Of a stretch of 64,000 nucleotides of DNA, positions 49,293 to 60,075 are shown in pieces. The notes beneath the pieces are model-generated. The model worked only from the letters and a program-made list of their open reading frames with translations. It was not told where the DNA came from and did not search any database. Made by a program: the position numbers and the translations under genes. The stretch is taken from positions 1 through 64,000 of the forward strand of contig JAVZCB010000005.1 of NCBI GenBank assembly GCA_038874595.1, in the 5' to 3' direction. Positions within the stretch are counted from its first letter, which is position 1; every line of letters starts with the position of its first letter. The DNA is from Candidatus Micrarchaeia archaeon. Lineage in GTDB: Archaea > Micrarchaeota > Micrarchaeia > CAILAH01.

Positions 49293-49757
49293 ATGCCAAA
49301 TGCGCTTGCGCACGTACTTGGTGGAGCGGTGGTTGGGGTACTACTGGCAGCAACAGCCGCGGGAAGTGTTGAGGAAAAGGTTCTTTGTGGCTTCATAGCA
49401 ATTGGGGCTTCACTGCTCCCGGATATAGACCATCCACAGGGGACTGCAAGAAAAACGTACAGGAAAATTGGGTTGGGTGCAGGTGCAATATTATCGTTTG
49501 TATTTTTGCTTTCAATTGGGGTAAGCTTGCCTGCTGCTATTTTTGGGGGAATTATAATGGGTATATTGCTCTTAGGGGTGAGCGAGCTTCTTATTCCCAG
49601 GCATAGGGGGATTATACACTCCTGGAAGTTTGCATTACTGCTTGGGATTGTGGTGTATGCCGTACTACTCCTGCTTAATATAAAAAGCGCAATTGTGCTT
49701 GCATTCGCATTCTTTACTGGATACATATCACACCTTATCCTGGATTATGCATTTTAG
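49293..49757 (+). CDS. Membrane-bound metal-dependent hydrolase (YdjM-like)
   Basis: AH, LLPDIDHP, HRGIIHS, SHLILD. Confidence 0.88.
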   Translation: MPNALAHVLGGAVVGVLLAATAAGSVEEKVLCGFIAIGASLLPDIDHPQGTARKTYRKIGLGAGAILSFVFLLSIGVSLPAAIFGGIIMGILLLGVSELLIPRHRGIIHSWKFALLLGIVVYAVLLLLNIKSAIVLAFAFFTGYISHLILDYAF

Positions 49758-49813
49758 GGTGCATGCATTATTTTAGAGCTTTACCAATTATCATAAGATG
49801 AGTGTATAGAGGA

Positions 49814-51571
49814 TTACTTTACGTGGTAATAGTAATTGCCAACCTCGCGCTGCTCGCGGTCGAGCACCGACCCTTCTTTGTTTATCTTTGGGCGCAGTGT
49901 CTCCTTATCCCTCCTAAGGGTTATGCCAAGCTCTTTGAGGAATGAGTTCATTGCATCAACCTTATCGAGGGGTGAAGATGCATTTCCACTAATGGAAGGC
50001 TGGCCTGAAAACTGTATTAGCCTGCTCGCAATTGAATCAATGAACACGAGGTCGTGGTCAACCACAAGTGCAACCTTCTCCTTCTCGGAAATGTCACGCT
50101 TAATTATCGTGGAAAGGCGCATGCGCTGCTCAATATCAAGGAATGCCGATGGCTCGTCAAAGAGGTATATATCTGCATCAGCAGAGAGCGTATATGCAAT
50201 CGCTAGCCTCTGCATCTCACCACCAGAGAGGTTGGGAACGCGCTTGAATAGCAAGTGCTCCAGCTCGAACTCCTTAATATACGACTGGTCTATTTTGTTT
50301 TTAAGCAAGAACTCCTGTACCGTGCCTTCAAACCCAAGGTCAATGTATTGCGGCTTGTAAGACACAGTCAGGCCTGTGGGCGCATTGCCATTATCTGGTT
50401 TCTCAACACCTGCAATAAGCTTTATGAATGTGGATTTGCCGATTGCGTTTGGCCCGACAATACCTATAACCTCACCACGCCGCGCGTCACCACCTGAAAC
50501 TTTGAGCTTGAACCTGCCCAGGGATTTTTCCATTGAGTCATATACAAACAGCACTTTCTTTGATACTTCTGATGTGGAGAACAGCTCAATGCGGAGGGCA
50601 CGCTCCCTGAACCTGACATTCTCCTCGCGGAGGTACCCCTCCATAAACTCGTTTATGCCGGCCCGCGCATTCTTTATGCCGCTTACCACTCCATAAACGC
50701 CCGGCTCGCCGTAAAGCACGTATGCATAATCTGCAAGATAATCAAGAAGTGCAAGGTCGTGCTCAACAACAATCACCGGTTTTGACTGTGAAAGAAATGC
50801 AATCTCGCGTGCCACGCGCATCCTTTCGTATATATCAAGGTATATGGACGGCTCATCAAAGAAATACAGGGATGCTTCCCTAAGCATTGCAGCTGCAATT
50901 GCCACTTTCTGCAGCTCGCCACCGCTCAAAGAGGAGAGCTTTGACTTAATAAACCCTCCCATATTAAGCCGGTCTGAGATTGAAGCGCGCTTGTTGCCAC
51001 TGTCAAACTCTGCAAGCACCTCTTCAACAGTGCTGTTCGGAGCAAGGCGGGCAAGAAGCTCAACATTCTGGACCTTATAGCTGATTTTATACCCTCCAGA
51101 TTTGACCTGCTCAAAATAGTTCTTTAGCTCCCTGTGTGCTGTTCTTGAGATCACCTCATCAATCGTGAGCTTTTTTGAGAAATCCATAAAGTTAGGGAGC
51201 AGCTTGGCAGACATAATTTCAAGTAATGTTGTCTTACCTATGCCGTTACGGCCAATAAGCGCCACTACACCTGACTGCTTAGGTAGTGCAAAGTTGTAAA
51301 GGCGAAAAGAGTTCACACCATACTGAAAGATAGGCTCGCCTGCCTCACCTGCAAGGTTTATTACGCGTATCGCTGAAACAGGGCATTTCTTTGGGCACAG
51401 GCCGCACCCGGTACACAGCACTTCATCTATTACAGGAAACCCCTTATCATCAATAACAATAGCATCTTTCCCCATCCTGACTGGGGGGCATATGCTCCTG
51501 CATAAGTAACCACACTTCTCACGTATGCATTTTCCCCTGTCTATCACAGCTATCCTTCTTGGTGCTGGCAT
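49814..51571 (-). CDS. rli: Ribosome recycling ATPase ABCE1/RLI1
   Basis: N-terminal Fe-S Cys motifs (CTGCGLCPKKCP); two ABC domains GRNGIGKT and GPNAIGKS; LSGGE twice. Confidence 0.96.
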   Translation of the reverse strand: MPAPRRIAVIDRGKCIREKCGYLCRSICPPVRMGKDAIVIDDKGFPVIDEVLCTGCGLCPKKCPVSAIRVINLAGEAGEPIFQYGVNSFRLYNFALPKQSGVVALIGRNGIGKTTLLEIMSAKLLPNFMDFSKKLTIDEVISRTAHRELKNYFEQVKSGGYKISYKVQNVELLARLAPNSTVEEVLAEFDSGNKRASISDRLNMGGFIKSKLSSLSGGELQKVAIAAAMLREASLYFFDEPSIYLDIYERMRVAREIAFLSQSKPVIVVEHDLALLDYLADYAYVLYGEPGVYGVVSGIKNARAGINEFMEGYLREENVRFRERALRIELFSTSEVSKKVLFVYDSMEKSLGRFKLKVSGGDARRGEVIGIVGPNAIGKSTFIKLIAGVEKPDNGNAPTGLTVSYKPQYIDLGFEGTVQEFLLKNKIDQSYIKEFELEHLLFKRVPNLSGGEMQRLAIAYTLSADADIYLFDEPSAFLDIEQRMRLSTIIKRDISEKEKVALVVDHDLVFIDSIASRLIQFSGQPSISGNASSPLDKVDAMNSFLKELGITLRRDKETLRPKINKEGSVLDREQREVGNYYYHVK

Positions 51572-51622
51572 GGTGGATATTAAGCTGGCAAGCTATTTAT
51601 TAAATTTGCACATATTGTTTAC

Positions 51623-52177
51623 ATGGAGTTCTGCAAAGGATGTGATTATTCCTGCTGTGGTTATTATAGCATTCCACTAAGTGCAGTAGACATATTTATC
51701 ATACTATCGCACGGGTGGAATGACTTCTTTTATGTTTGTGAAAAGGAGGTGGATGACGGTTACTGCTTCAGGATTAATGGCAAGTTATATGGGTTTATGA
51801 TGAAAAGGCGCATACAGGGAGGGTGCGTTTTTATGAGGGAAGGTGGTGAATACGGCTGCGGCATACATCCATACAAGCCAAGCGTATGTGCAGTGTACCC
51901 TTTCGTGGTGGAAGAAGGCAAAATAAAAATGATGGATAACAGGATATGTGCAAAAGATAGAATACCAACTGAAAAAGACCTTGCAGAAGCACAGACATCT
52001 ATAGAGGCATATAATTATGAGTGGGACCTTCATAAGAAGATTGCGGAAAGGTGGAACAAGTCTTTCCTGTCAAAGTACGGCTGGCCTGGCCTAATCATTG
52101 GATATGTTATAATGCAGATGCTTATATGGAATATTGCAGTAAAATTAGGAAGATTAAAAGTAGATAATGCAAATTAA
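51623..52177 (+). CDS. YkgJ-family cysteine cluster protein
   Basis: CKGCDYSCC, GCVF, CGIHPYKPSVCAVYPF. Confidence 0.88.
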   Translation: MEFCKGCDYSCCGYYSIPLSAVDIFIILSHGWNDFFYVCEKEVDDGYCFRINGKLYGFMMKRRIQGGCVFMREGGEYGCGIHPYKPSVCAVYPFVVEEGKIKMMDNRICAKDRIPTEKDLAEAQTSIEAYNYEWDLHKKIAERWNKSFLSKYGWPGLIIGYVIMQMLIWNIAVKLGRLKVDNAN

Positions 52178-53216
52178 AACAGGTGCAATAATGAGGGCGG
52201 ATATCAACAGGAAAGAAGGTGTGGTTTCGCTTGTTCCGGAAACCGCTGAGGATTTATGGTGTACTTATAAATTAATAACGCCAGGCACGGTTGTAAAATC
52301 ACACAGCACGAGGAAGTACAAGCCGCAGGGCAGCAATAGGGAGGAAAGGATAAGTGTTAATATTACCATTGAGGTTGAGAAGTGCGAGCTGCACAAGGAT
52401 TCCGGTAGGCTGCGGGCGACTGGCAAAATCCTGGAAATACGTCCTGAGGATATAGCGCCTGTTGGATCACATCATACAATTGAAATAGAAATCGGCGAGC
52501 AGGTCAGGATAATCAAGGAATGGAAGGATTTTGAGCTTGATATGCTGCGTGATGCTGTCAAGGCAAGCAGGAGAAATATCATAAGCATAGTCCTAATTGA
52601 TTATGACAAGGCGATGTTTGCCTCGCTCAAGCAATATGGCATTGAATTCGGGCTTGAGCTGCATAATACCTCATCCAAAAAAGACAAGAATATAGAGACA
52701 GGTGGCTTTTTCAGTGAGATTGCTGGCGAGCTTGAGAAGATTGAGGGCACAATAATTATTGGTGGGCCTGGGTTTGCAAAGGATAACTTTTATGCATACT
52801 TAAAAAATGAAAAGCCGGACATTGCAAAACGCGTTAAAGTTGTTTCGGCATCAAACAATGAGCGCAGTGGTGTATATGAGCTGCTGAAGAGCGAGGAAAT
52901 GCACCGCATACTTGAAAATGAGCAGATGCACACGGTGTTCAGGGATATTGAGAGGTTCTTAGGCAGTGCTGGCCGCGGTGATGGGCTTTCAGCATATGGC
53001 AGGGAAGAGCTACTCAGGGCAGCTGAAAGCAGTGCTATTGACGTGCTGATTATACTTGACACAAACCTGTGGGGGGATGCTTTTTACGAAAAGCTTGTTG
53101 ATGAGGTTAAGGCACACGGAGGCAACATACGCATCGTACCATCTGAAAGCCAGGCTGCAGAGCAGGTAAAGGCATTTGGCGGTGCAATTGCACTGCTAAG
53201 GTATAAGATACAATAA
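52167..53216 (+). CDS. pelA: mRNA surveillance protein pelota
   Basis: LVPETAEDLW, LRATGKI, GSHHTI, GGPGFAK, FGGAIALLRY. Confidence 0.94.
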   Translation: MQIKTGAIMRADINRKEGVVSLVPETAEDLWCTYKLITPGTVVKSHSTRKYKPQGSNREERISVNITIEVEKCELHKDSGRLRATGKILEIRPEDIAPVGSHHTIEIEIGEQVRIIKEWKDFELDMLRDAVKASRRNIISIVLIDYDKAMFASLKQYGIEFGLELHNTSSKKDKNIETGGFFSEIAGELEKIEGTIIIGGPGFAKDNFYAYLKNEKPDIAKRVKVVSASNNERSGVYELLKSEEMHRILENEQMHTVFRDIERFLGSAGRGDGLSAYGREELLRAAESSAIDVLIILDTNLWGDAFYEKLVDEVKAHGGNIRIVPSESQAAEQVKAFGGAIALLRYKIQ

Positions 53217-53295
53217 AAACATAAAAGAGGAAAACGTGCCGCAGTTATAAAACCTACTTTTTGCTTATATGTTGGCCTGAAGGTATAAAGCATAT

Positions 53296-53724
53296 TTAGT
53301 CATTTTTAATACCTTCAGTTGGCAGTTTGTGTGCTGAAAAGCCGCTTTCACCTTCAATATCCTTCTCTGTTCCCAGAAGAAGGACACCTGAAAGGACAAG
53401 CTCGCTCAACGCTGATGACATCGCCTGCACCACTGGGTCGGAAATGTCAAGCTTCTGATGGCGTATGAACTTCACAAAAAGAGGCTTCACCTCTTCCTCG
53501 GTGTAATGTGCCCTATTCCTATCAAACCTATCTCTACTTCTGTTCATCTCCCTAACCACGTGTTTCAAGAAGCCATCAATACTAAACGTAAGCAGCTTCT
53601 CCCCACCCGTGGTATACAGCTTAAGCTGGAACTTGTCCTGCGCACGAAGCCTTTCCGGCTGTGAGAACTTTCCATTGTTTACCTTGTGGTGTATTACAAA
53701 CGGGGACATCAAATCACTTAGCAT
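53296..53724 (-). CDS. Hypothetical protein
   Basis: 142-aa ATG ORF filling the gap. Confidence 0.6.
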   Translation of the reverse strand: MLSDLMSPFVIHHKVNNGKFSQPERLRAQDKFQLKLYTTGGEKLLTFSIDGFLKHVVREMNRSRDRFDRNRAHYTEEEVKPLFVKFIRHQKLDISDPVVQAMSSALSELVLSGVLLLGTEKDIEGESGFSAHKLPTEGIKND

Positions 53725-53810
53725 AGTTATTATTAATAAACTTTTCTATTCCTGGCAGTTGGTTTTTTGCCGCATTCTCAAATAAAAGCATTCATATATA
53801 ATATCCATCC

Positions 53811-54887
53811 ATGCGTATACATTTTATGATAAACGGTGTTGGGCAGGGACATGTATACAGGACACTTCCTATTATGAAACAGCTTGCAAAAAGGCATAAG
53901 ATAACTGCTTCCTCATTTGGGGACGCCCTGCGCATACTTGAGGAAAACGGATACCCTGGTGCATACGAGCTAAAGCCATTCGGTGATGTTGTTGCACAAG
54001 GCTTTAAAGTAAACATAAAACAGAGCCTCCTGGATAATGCAAAAAAGCTTGGGCCGGGCCTCATAAAAAGGACAAGTGATATCATAACAGACTGCAGGGC
54101 AGATGTTGTGGTTGTAGATGGGTACCTGCTTGGGTTGTTCGTAGCAAAAATGCTCAGAAAAAGCACCGTAACAATCGCAAATTGCACAAAGCTGTGGTAT
54201 GTGTTCCCAAAAATAAGCAATATCGTTGAAAGTGGCTCTGATATATTCTCAAAAAGTGTTGTTGACAGCTCCGATATAATAATCGTGCCTGATTTCACGC
54301 CGCCGTTTGACTTCTCGCGTGATAACCTAAGTTATTTCGGCAGTGCCAGGAAGTTCCATTTTGTTGGGCCAACGTCACTTATTGCTGAGGACAAAAAAGG
54401 CAGGAGACCGCTTGTAAGTGTCGGTGGGACACGGATGCAGCATAAAAGCTTTGAGCATATCGCTGAGCTTCTTGATAAAATGGGGTACAACCCAATAATG
54501 GCAGATGGCCACCTAAGCGAGGAGGATATGGCTAGTGCTATTGCACAGGCACCGTTTGCTGTAGTCCACGGCGGCCATACAACCATCATGAATGCTGTGA
54601 GCGCAAACACGCCGGTAATCTCAATCCCATTAAAGGGATATACTGAACGGGTGAACAATGCACAGGGTGCTGAAAGGGCCGGATGTGGTGTTGTGCTCGA
54701 CCCTGAATTTATAGATTTGGATGTTTTGAAAATTGCAATAGGTAAAATTAGGTCAAACTACATAAGGGAAACAACAACCCTGTTCTCCCACACTGCACAC
54801 GCTATGGAAGGGCATAGAAAGGCCGCGGCGCTGATAGAGAAATTAGAGGAAAAAACGATACAAAAAAAGCGCCATAAAATATTCTAA
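53811..54887 (+). CDS. GT-B glycosyltransferase (MJ1255-like)
   Basis: NGVGQGHVYR, VSVGG, HGGHTTIMNA, PVISIP...ERVNNA. Confidence 0.85.
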   Translation: MRIHFMINGVGQGHVYRTLPIMKQLAKRHKITASSFGDALRILEENGYPGAYELKPFGDVVAQGFKVNIKQSLLDNAKKLGPGLIKRTSDIITDCRADVVVVDGYLLGLFVAKMLRKSTVTIANCTKLWYVFPKISNIVESGSDIFSKSVVDSSDIIIVPDFTPPFDFSRDNLSYFGSARKFHFVGPTSLIAEDKKGRRPLVSVGGTRMQHKSFEHIAELLDKMGYNPIMADGHLSEEDMASAIAQAPFAVVHGGHTTIMNAVSANTPVISIPLKGYTERVNNAQGAERAGCGVVLDPEFIDLDVLKIAIGKIRSNYIRETTTLFSHTAHAMEGHRKAAALIEKLEEKTIQKKRHKIF

Positions 54888-56123
54888 CTAACTGCTTCTG
54901 GTTCTCTTGGCACCTGTCCTGCCGGTAATGCTCCCTGGTTTTGGTTTGAAAAATATCATCAGTAATGCCGCAAGCAGTGAAGCTGCACCCCCAAATATGA
55001 ATGTTGCCTCTGGAGATACAACTTTCCAAAGGTATCCTGCAATAACGCTTGAAGGCAATGCTGCAATCCCGATAGCCATCTGGAACATGCCCATTGCTGT
55101 GCCCCTTAAGTTTGTTGGGGAAAGGTCAGAAGCATACGCTTTCTGCACTCCTATAAATGCTGCTGTGGATATTCCATAAAGCACGAATAACAGCAACATC
55201 GCGCTTGTAGAATTAAGAATTGCAAAGCCGAACAGTATTGCAGCAAACACAACATAGGATATTATGAGAATTGCCCGCTTGCCTATCCTATCCGCATATT
55301 TACCAATCGGATATGAAAATGCCGCCTGGAATATGTTGTAAACGATATATAATAGTATTGAAATGAGCAGCCCTTCTGTGAGGCCGGCTTTCATTATAAA
55401 AAACATATAGCTGAAATTTGCAAGTGTAAACACCGCTGTTATTCCGGTAAATACCAGCATATCACGCGGCAGCGCCTTCACAGCCGAAAGAAAATTATAC
55501 TCTTTGCCGGTTGGCTTAAACTTTGGCTCTTTCACGAGTACAAGAGGGATTACTGAAAGTATTGCAATAATCCCAGCAAATGCAATTATGAGAGAATACT
55601 CACTTAATGTGGGCTGGGTGAATACATACATTAGCAGAAGAAGAACTGCAACTGAACCAAAAATTGCACCTACCGTATCAAGTGCCTGGTGCAGTCCAAA
55701 GCCCGCACCGCTCTTATTAGGCAGGAACTGGCTTATCATTGCATCGCGCGGTGCATCACGCATGCCCTTGCCCACGCGCTCCAATGATGCCGCACCAAGA
55801 GCAAGAAAGGGTGATGGTGCAAAAGCCAGGAAAAACTTGAACAAGGCGGAGGTTATATAACCTGCATAAACAAACACCTTTCTTTTACCTATCTTATCAG
55901 ATATATACCCAAATAAAATCTTCAGAAAGCTTGTTATTGAATCCCTTATCCCCCCTACAAGCCCTATCAGGACGGAATCGCCACCAAGTGCTGCAAGGAA
56001 AAAAGGTAGTATGGGCATTATCATCTCACTGCTGAAATCGTTTAGGAAGCTGACTACACCAAGCAGTGTTATGTTCTTCACACCTTCTTTCTCTTTTTTA
56101 GGTACATTCGCTTTCTGATTCAT
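54888..56123 (-). CDS. MFS transporter
   Basis: About 12 TM; GYISDKIGKRK and GKYADRIGKR motif A; probable start 56123. Confidence 0.93.
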   Translation of the reverse strand: MNQKANVPKKEKEGVKNITLLGVVSFLNDFSSEMIMPILPFFLAALGGDSVLIGLVGGIRDSITSFLKILFGYISDKIGKRKVFVYAGYITSALFKFFLAFAPSPFLALGAASLERVGKGMRDAPRDAMISQFLPNKSGAGFGLHQALDTVGAIFGSVAVLLLLMYVFTQPTLSEYSLIIAFAGIIAILSVIPLVLVKEPKFKPTGKEYNFLSAVKALPRDMLVFTGITAVFTLANFSYMFFIMKAGLTEGLLISILLYIVYNIFQAAFSYPIGKYADRIGKRAILIISYVVFAAILFGFAILNSTSAMLLLFVLYGISTAAFIGVQKAYASDLSPTNLRGTAMGMFQMAIGIAALPSSVIAGYLWKVVSPEATFIFGGAASLLAALLMIFFKPKPGSITGRTGAKRTRSS

Positions 56124-56173
56124 AATACAAAATAAGATGAAAAAGCTTAAATTGTGCCATGGCATTAATATTG

Positions 56174-56514
56174 TGAGCGGTTGGTGGGCAGCTTACGGTG
56201 CCTTTCTTTGGTGCAGCTTTCTTTAGAAAGCTGGGAACTTGATAAGCTCCTGTACACCAAAAGAAAGGTACTGAGGAAGGTCCACCCACGCAGAGCTCTG
56301 ACTGCATTAATATTGCAGATGGGGGAACAGAAACGGTACCCTCCCCGCCTTATGGGATGAGGATAACGACTTCGGTGGGATAAGGGATGAAACGGCCTCC
56401 TGTGCAGGGCTGTGAGCGTGCAAGCCCTTTCGGGCGCTTAGACAAATGCTGCCAAGATGAGCATATCCATAAGGAAGTGCATCTTACAGAAGGTGGCCTA
56501 CAACCAGCCGCTCA
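56174..56514 (+). ncRNA. rnpB: Archaeal RNase P RNA
   Basis: P1 tgagcggttggt pairs with accagccgctca; CR-I GAGGAAGGTCCACC; ACAGAAAC and TGAAACGG; CR-V ACAGAAGGTGGCCTA complementary to CR-I (P4). Confidence 0.92.
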
Positions 56515-56524
56515 TTAAAAATAA

Positions 56525-57988
56525 TCAGTGCTTTGCCTTCTCCAGCAATTTTATGGTCTCAAGCACCACTGAAATCCCTGAACCTGTACAGCCAAGGTCT
56601 ACTGGAGGGATTGGCTTGTTTCTGTATGCTGTGCCTGCAATATCCAAATGTATCCATTTCGCTTTTGATATAAAACTGGAGAGGAATGCAGCGGCGGTTA
56701 TTGCACCAGCCTCACCGGTGTTTGTAACATTTGCAATGTCTGCAAACTTACCTTTGTTCATCTCTGAGTACTCCTCCCATAAAGGCATCTGCCATATTTC
56801 ATCAAAACTTTCTGAGCTTGCCTTTTTCATCAAGCTGGCAAATTCATCATCGTTTGAAAACATGCCTATGGCATAGGAACCCAATGCAACAACACATGCA
56901 CCTGTAAGCGTCGCAAGGTCTATCATGTAATCTGGCTTATACTTATCCTCTGCATATGCCAAAGTATCAGCCAGCACAAGCCTGCCCTCTGCATCCGTGT
57001 TGAGTATCTCTATCGTCTTGCCATTGTATGCTCTTACGATATCACCGGGCTTTGCGGCACACCCTCCGGGCATATTCTCCGTACAGGGCATTAAGCCTAT
57101 CACATTGATTTTTGGTTTCATCTCAGCCACGGCCTTCATTATACCTAGCACTGCACACGCACCGCTCTTATCAAATTTCATATCCTCCATACCTTTGCTT
57201 GGCTTAAGTGAGATGCCCCCGCTGTCAAATGTAAGGCCTTTACCTGCAATAACAACAGTTTTCTTTGCACCTGGGCACGTGTATTCCAGGATTGAAAGTG
57301 TCGGCTCCCTTCCACTTCCGCTCGCAACTGCAAGAAACGCATTCATCCCCATTTTCTGCATATCTTTCCTTGAAATAAGCTTGTACTTAAGTCCTGTGCG
57401 TGATGCGAGCTTTTTTGCTTCCGCTGCCATAAGCTGCGGTGTAGCGACGTTTGCCGGCTTGTTTGCAATGTCGCGCGCAAAATTTATTGACTCTGCAATT
57501 TTTCTCGCTTCATTTGCGGCTGCAACAAACTCCTTTTCTACATAAAGGAAAATGTGGTTAGGCGTAACACCATCTTCATCTTTATTGCTCCCACCCTTCT
57601 CCCCTGTCTTGAATTCTTCGTATTTATGCACATTTACAAAAAGGGCATATGTGAGGTTCTTCAAGTGCAACTGCTCAAGGCCGCGCCCATCAATCACCAG
57701 TGAAGGCGTACGAAGCGCCTTCGCAAGCCCAATCACGGCGCTTGGAATCCTGCGCGCATGCCTCGGCTTGAATTTTTCTTTCTCACCTAACCCAACAAAA
57801 ATTATTCCATCTATGAAAGCGATTTCACCCACCTTTGCTAAAAATTTGTTCTCTGATAGCTTTTTTGCGTAATTACCATACCCCGTAGATATAGGTTCCG
57901 CTACACCCTTCCCACTAAAACATAACACTGCGTGCACTGGTCCCGATAAGTCTTTTTCAATAATCTCAACCTTAGGCTCCTTTACCAT
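56525..57988 (-). CDS. pepA: Leucyl aminopeptidase (M17)
   Basis: GKGLTFDSGG, MKFDKSG, NTDAEGRLVLAD, DLATLTG, HLDIAG. Confidence 0.95.
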   Translation of the reverse strand: MVKEPKVEIIEKDLSGPVHAVLCFSGKGVAEPISTGYGNYAKKLSENKFLAKVGEIAFIDGIIFVGLGEKEKFKPRHARRIPSAVIGLAKALRTPSLVIDGRGLEQLHLKNLTYALFVNVHKYEEFKTGEKGGSNKDEDGVTPNHIFLYVEKEFVAAANEARKIAESINFARDIANKPANVATPQLMAAEAKKLASRTGLKYKLISRKDMQKMGMNAFLAVASGSGREPTLSILEYTCPGAKKTVVIAGKGLTFDSGGISLKPSKGMEDMKFDKSGACAVLGIMKAVAEMKPKINVIGLMPCTENMPGGCAAKPGDIVRAYNGKTIEILNTDAEGRLVLADTLAYAEDKYKPDYMIDLATLTGACVVALGSYAIGMFSNDDEFASLMKKASSESFDEIWQMPLWEEYSEMNKGKFADIANVTNTGEAGAITAAAFLSSFISKAKWIHLDIAGTAYRNKPIPPVDLGCTGSGISVVLETIKLLEKAKH

Positions 57989-60075
57989 AGATACACCTTT
58001 TTCTTCCTACTATTTATGTAAACTAATATAAAAGAAAATGCTACAAGCACACCTAAAACGGCACAAGCCTTTGCCACGTCCCCGCCAGGTATACCATCTA
58101 CATAAAACTTCTCTTCATGTTCCCGCTCTATACCTGCCTTATCAATCCAGACCACCGAAAGAACATGCTCGCCCGTTTCAAGTAAGGTGCCTTTATCATC
58201 TTTGACTTCCACCCCATCAACATAAACTGCATATGCGATGTAAGGTCCATATACAGCGAACTTGTACTCGCGGCCATCACTGCTCTCTTTTGCAACTGTG
58301 AGCACCGGCTCAAAAACTTCGTATGCCCCTTCGTATGTATACGTTTCAGTATAAAAGTTAGCCACCAATTTTAGCTTGTGGCTGCCTGGTGATAAAGGTA
58401 TGTTGTAATCGAGCACATAAGAAGGAGCTGAAGAATTGTCATAAAATACCTCTTTGCCATCTATATAAACTCTTATATTATATGTGGTGTTACCAGTCAC
58501 TTGAAAGGTTGCTGTAAACCTTCCAGTGCCATCAGAAGGGATTGATGTTGTTAATGATAAGTTATCTACTTTATAAATGGTGTTTGAATAAGCGGGAGTG
58601 CTGGTGGGCAACCGTATCACCTGGACGTGCACGCCATCATATACAAGGATAGAGTTTGTAAGCCCATCACTCAAATCAACTGTAACTTGTTTGGCTAACT
58701 GCGGAGATGCGTATACTTCATCTATACCCCTGTCCTTAACCACAGTAAGATTTTTTGGTGTTATCGAAACAAGCTTAAGTTCAGCTTTACGCTGGTCATA
58801 TTTTGATAATATCGCGCTAAACTTCTTTGCCGTCTTTTGGCCGCTGCTAATGCTCAAAGGGATCTTATCAGAGCCAAAACTGTGGGATATCCATACCGGG
58901 CAGTAATACTGGTAATTGTTTGAGAGCACCTGCGAAACCTTAAATGGAATAATCACATAATTCTTGCCTGGATGCACCAGCAAATTAATTGAAGAGTCAT
59001 CAAACCTAATAATTTCAGCTTCGCTTTCACATGGCACTGCCTGGGCGCTAAAAAGCTGGTACTGCACGCTATCAATTTCAATAATGATTGCTCCATCATC
59101 CCCTGGGGCAAGCTGTGCTGGAAGTGTGTAAACTCGATAAGACGGTGTGAACTTGGTATAATTCAGGACAACGATGTCTTCGGTACTTCCACCAAGAGCG
59201 CCTCTACCTTCCCAGACCATATTCCCATATTCTGAGTGTGACATTGCGCGTGCCCTTTCAATCAGCTCTGCACTTGTATCATTGCTGAAATACATAGGTA
59301 TATGTGTTGCATCTATATACCCCACCTCAAGCCATGTTGGGTCAACACCAACCCATTCACCTATATAAACTTCGGCCCATGAATGTAGCTGCCAACCATA
59401 CTTTGGTGAATAAACATAACCCAATACAGAACGGGAAGGGTATCCTAGTGAACGGGCGAGAGCAATAAAAAGATTGGTAAATTCAACACATACCCCTCGC
59501 GGGTTGGACATAACATCGCTTGAATTTCTGTTCTTTCCCATCTCATTTATATCATAAGAAACATAGCTGTTGACCCAAACTGCGAGCGCTGCTATCTTAT
59601 CTATGTCCTCCTTGTAGCCAGCAGTCACGGCGCGTGCTTGTTTGTGTATTTCAGGTGTGATTATTATGTGCTCTGTCCCAGCAAGATACTCCGCCCCTGC
59701 TTCTTTTGCAGAATAGCTGGTTGGAAGAGAGTGTACATACCTGCTAACAGAGCTAATATTTGCAGAGATAGAATATGAATAGCTCCTGAAACTTTTGTCG
59801 TAATATATCCGTACTACCTGATTTCCACCTTCTTTTGTTATTTTTGCCTCAGGCGGGATTGAAAGTGCCACGTGCTGATAACCAGTATCTTGCGGGACAG
59901 CTAGGTTGATGCTTAATCCATAAAGCTCCCCAGCAGTTGAGGATATCCTACCCTCACGAGAGAGCTGCGCAGTAAGCGAAGAGATTAGGGTGGGGTTGAT
60001 ATTTTCAAACTGTGCATTTGCAAGCTGGAATAAGAGCAATATGTACAACATTGCAAATGACACACTTCTTCTCAT
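57982..60075 (-). CDS. Secreted, membrane-anchored transglutaminase-like domain protein
   Basis: Signal peptide; GVCVEF, HSWAEVY, VDPTW (Cys-His-Asp); C-terminal TM plus basic tail. Confidence 0.88.
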   Translation of the reverse strand: MRRSVSFAMLYILLLFQLANAQFENINPTLISSLTAQLSREGRISSTAGELYGLSINLAVPQDTGYQHVALSIPPEAKITKEGGNQVVRIYYDKSFRSYSYSISANISSVSRYVHSLPTSYSAKEAGAEYLAGTEHIIITPEIHKQARAVTAGYKEDIDKIAALAVWVNSYVSYDINEMGKNRNSSDVMSNPRGVCVEFTNLFIALARSLGYPSRSVLGYVYSPKYGWQLHSWAEVYIGEWVGVDPTWLEVGYIDATHIPMYFSNDTSAELIERARAMSHSEYGNMVWEGRGALGGSTEDIVVLNYTKFTPSYRVYTLPAQLAPGDDGAIIIEIDSVQYQLFSAQAVPCESEAEIIRFDDSSINLLVHPGKNYVIIPFKVSQVLSNNYQYYCPVWISHSFGSDKIPLSISSGQKTAKKFSAILSKYDQRKAELKLVSITPKNLTVVKDRGIDEVYASPQLAKQVTVDLSDGLTNSILVYDGVHVQVIRLPTSTPAYSNTIYKVDNLSLTTSIPSDGTGRFTATFQVTGNTTYNIRVYIDGKEVFYDNSSAPSYVLDYNIPLSPGSHKLKLVANFYTETYTYEGAYEVFEPVLTVAKESSDGREYKFAVYGPYIAYAVYVDGVEVKDDKGTLLETGEHVLSVVWIDKAGIEREHEEKFYVDGIPGGDVAKACAVLGVLVAFSFILVYINSRKKKVYLW

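Noticed and set aside
48995-49726. 243-aa minus-strand ORF
   Set aside because: Antisense to the motif-bearing hydrolase and the 36-aa ORF; no recognisable features.
56098-56876. ORFs 56098-56307 (-) and 56457-56876 (+)
   Set aside because: They overlap the RNase P RNA and the antisense strand of pepA.
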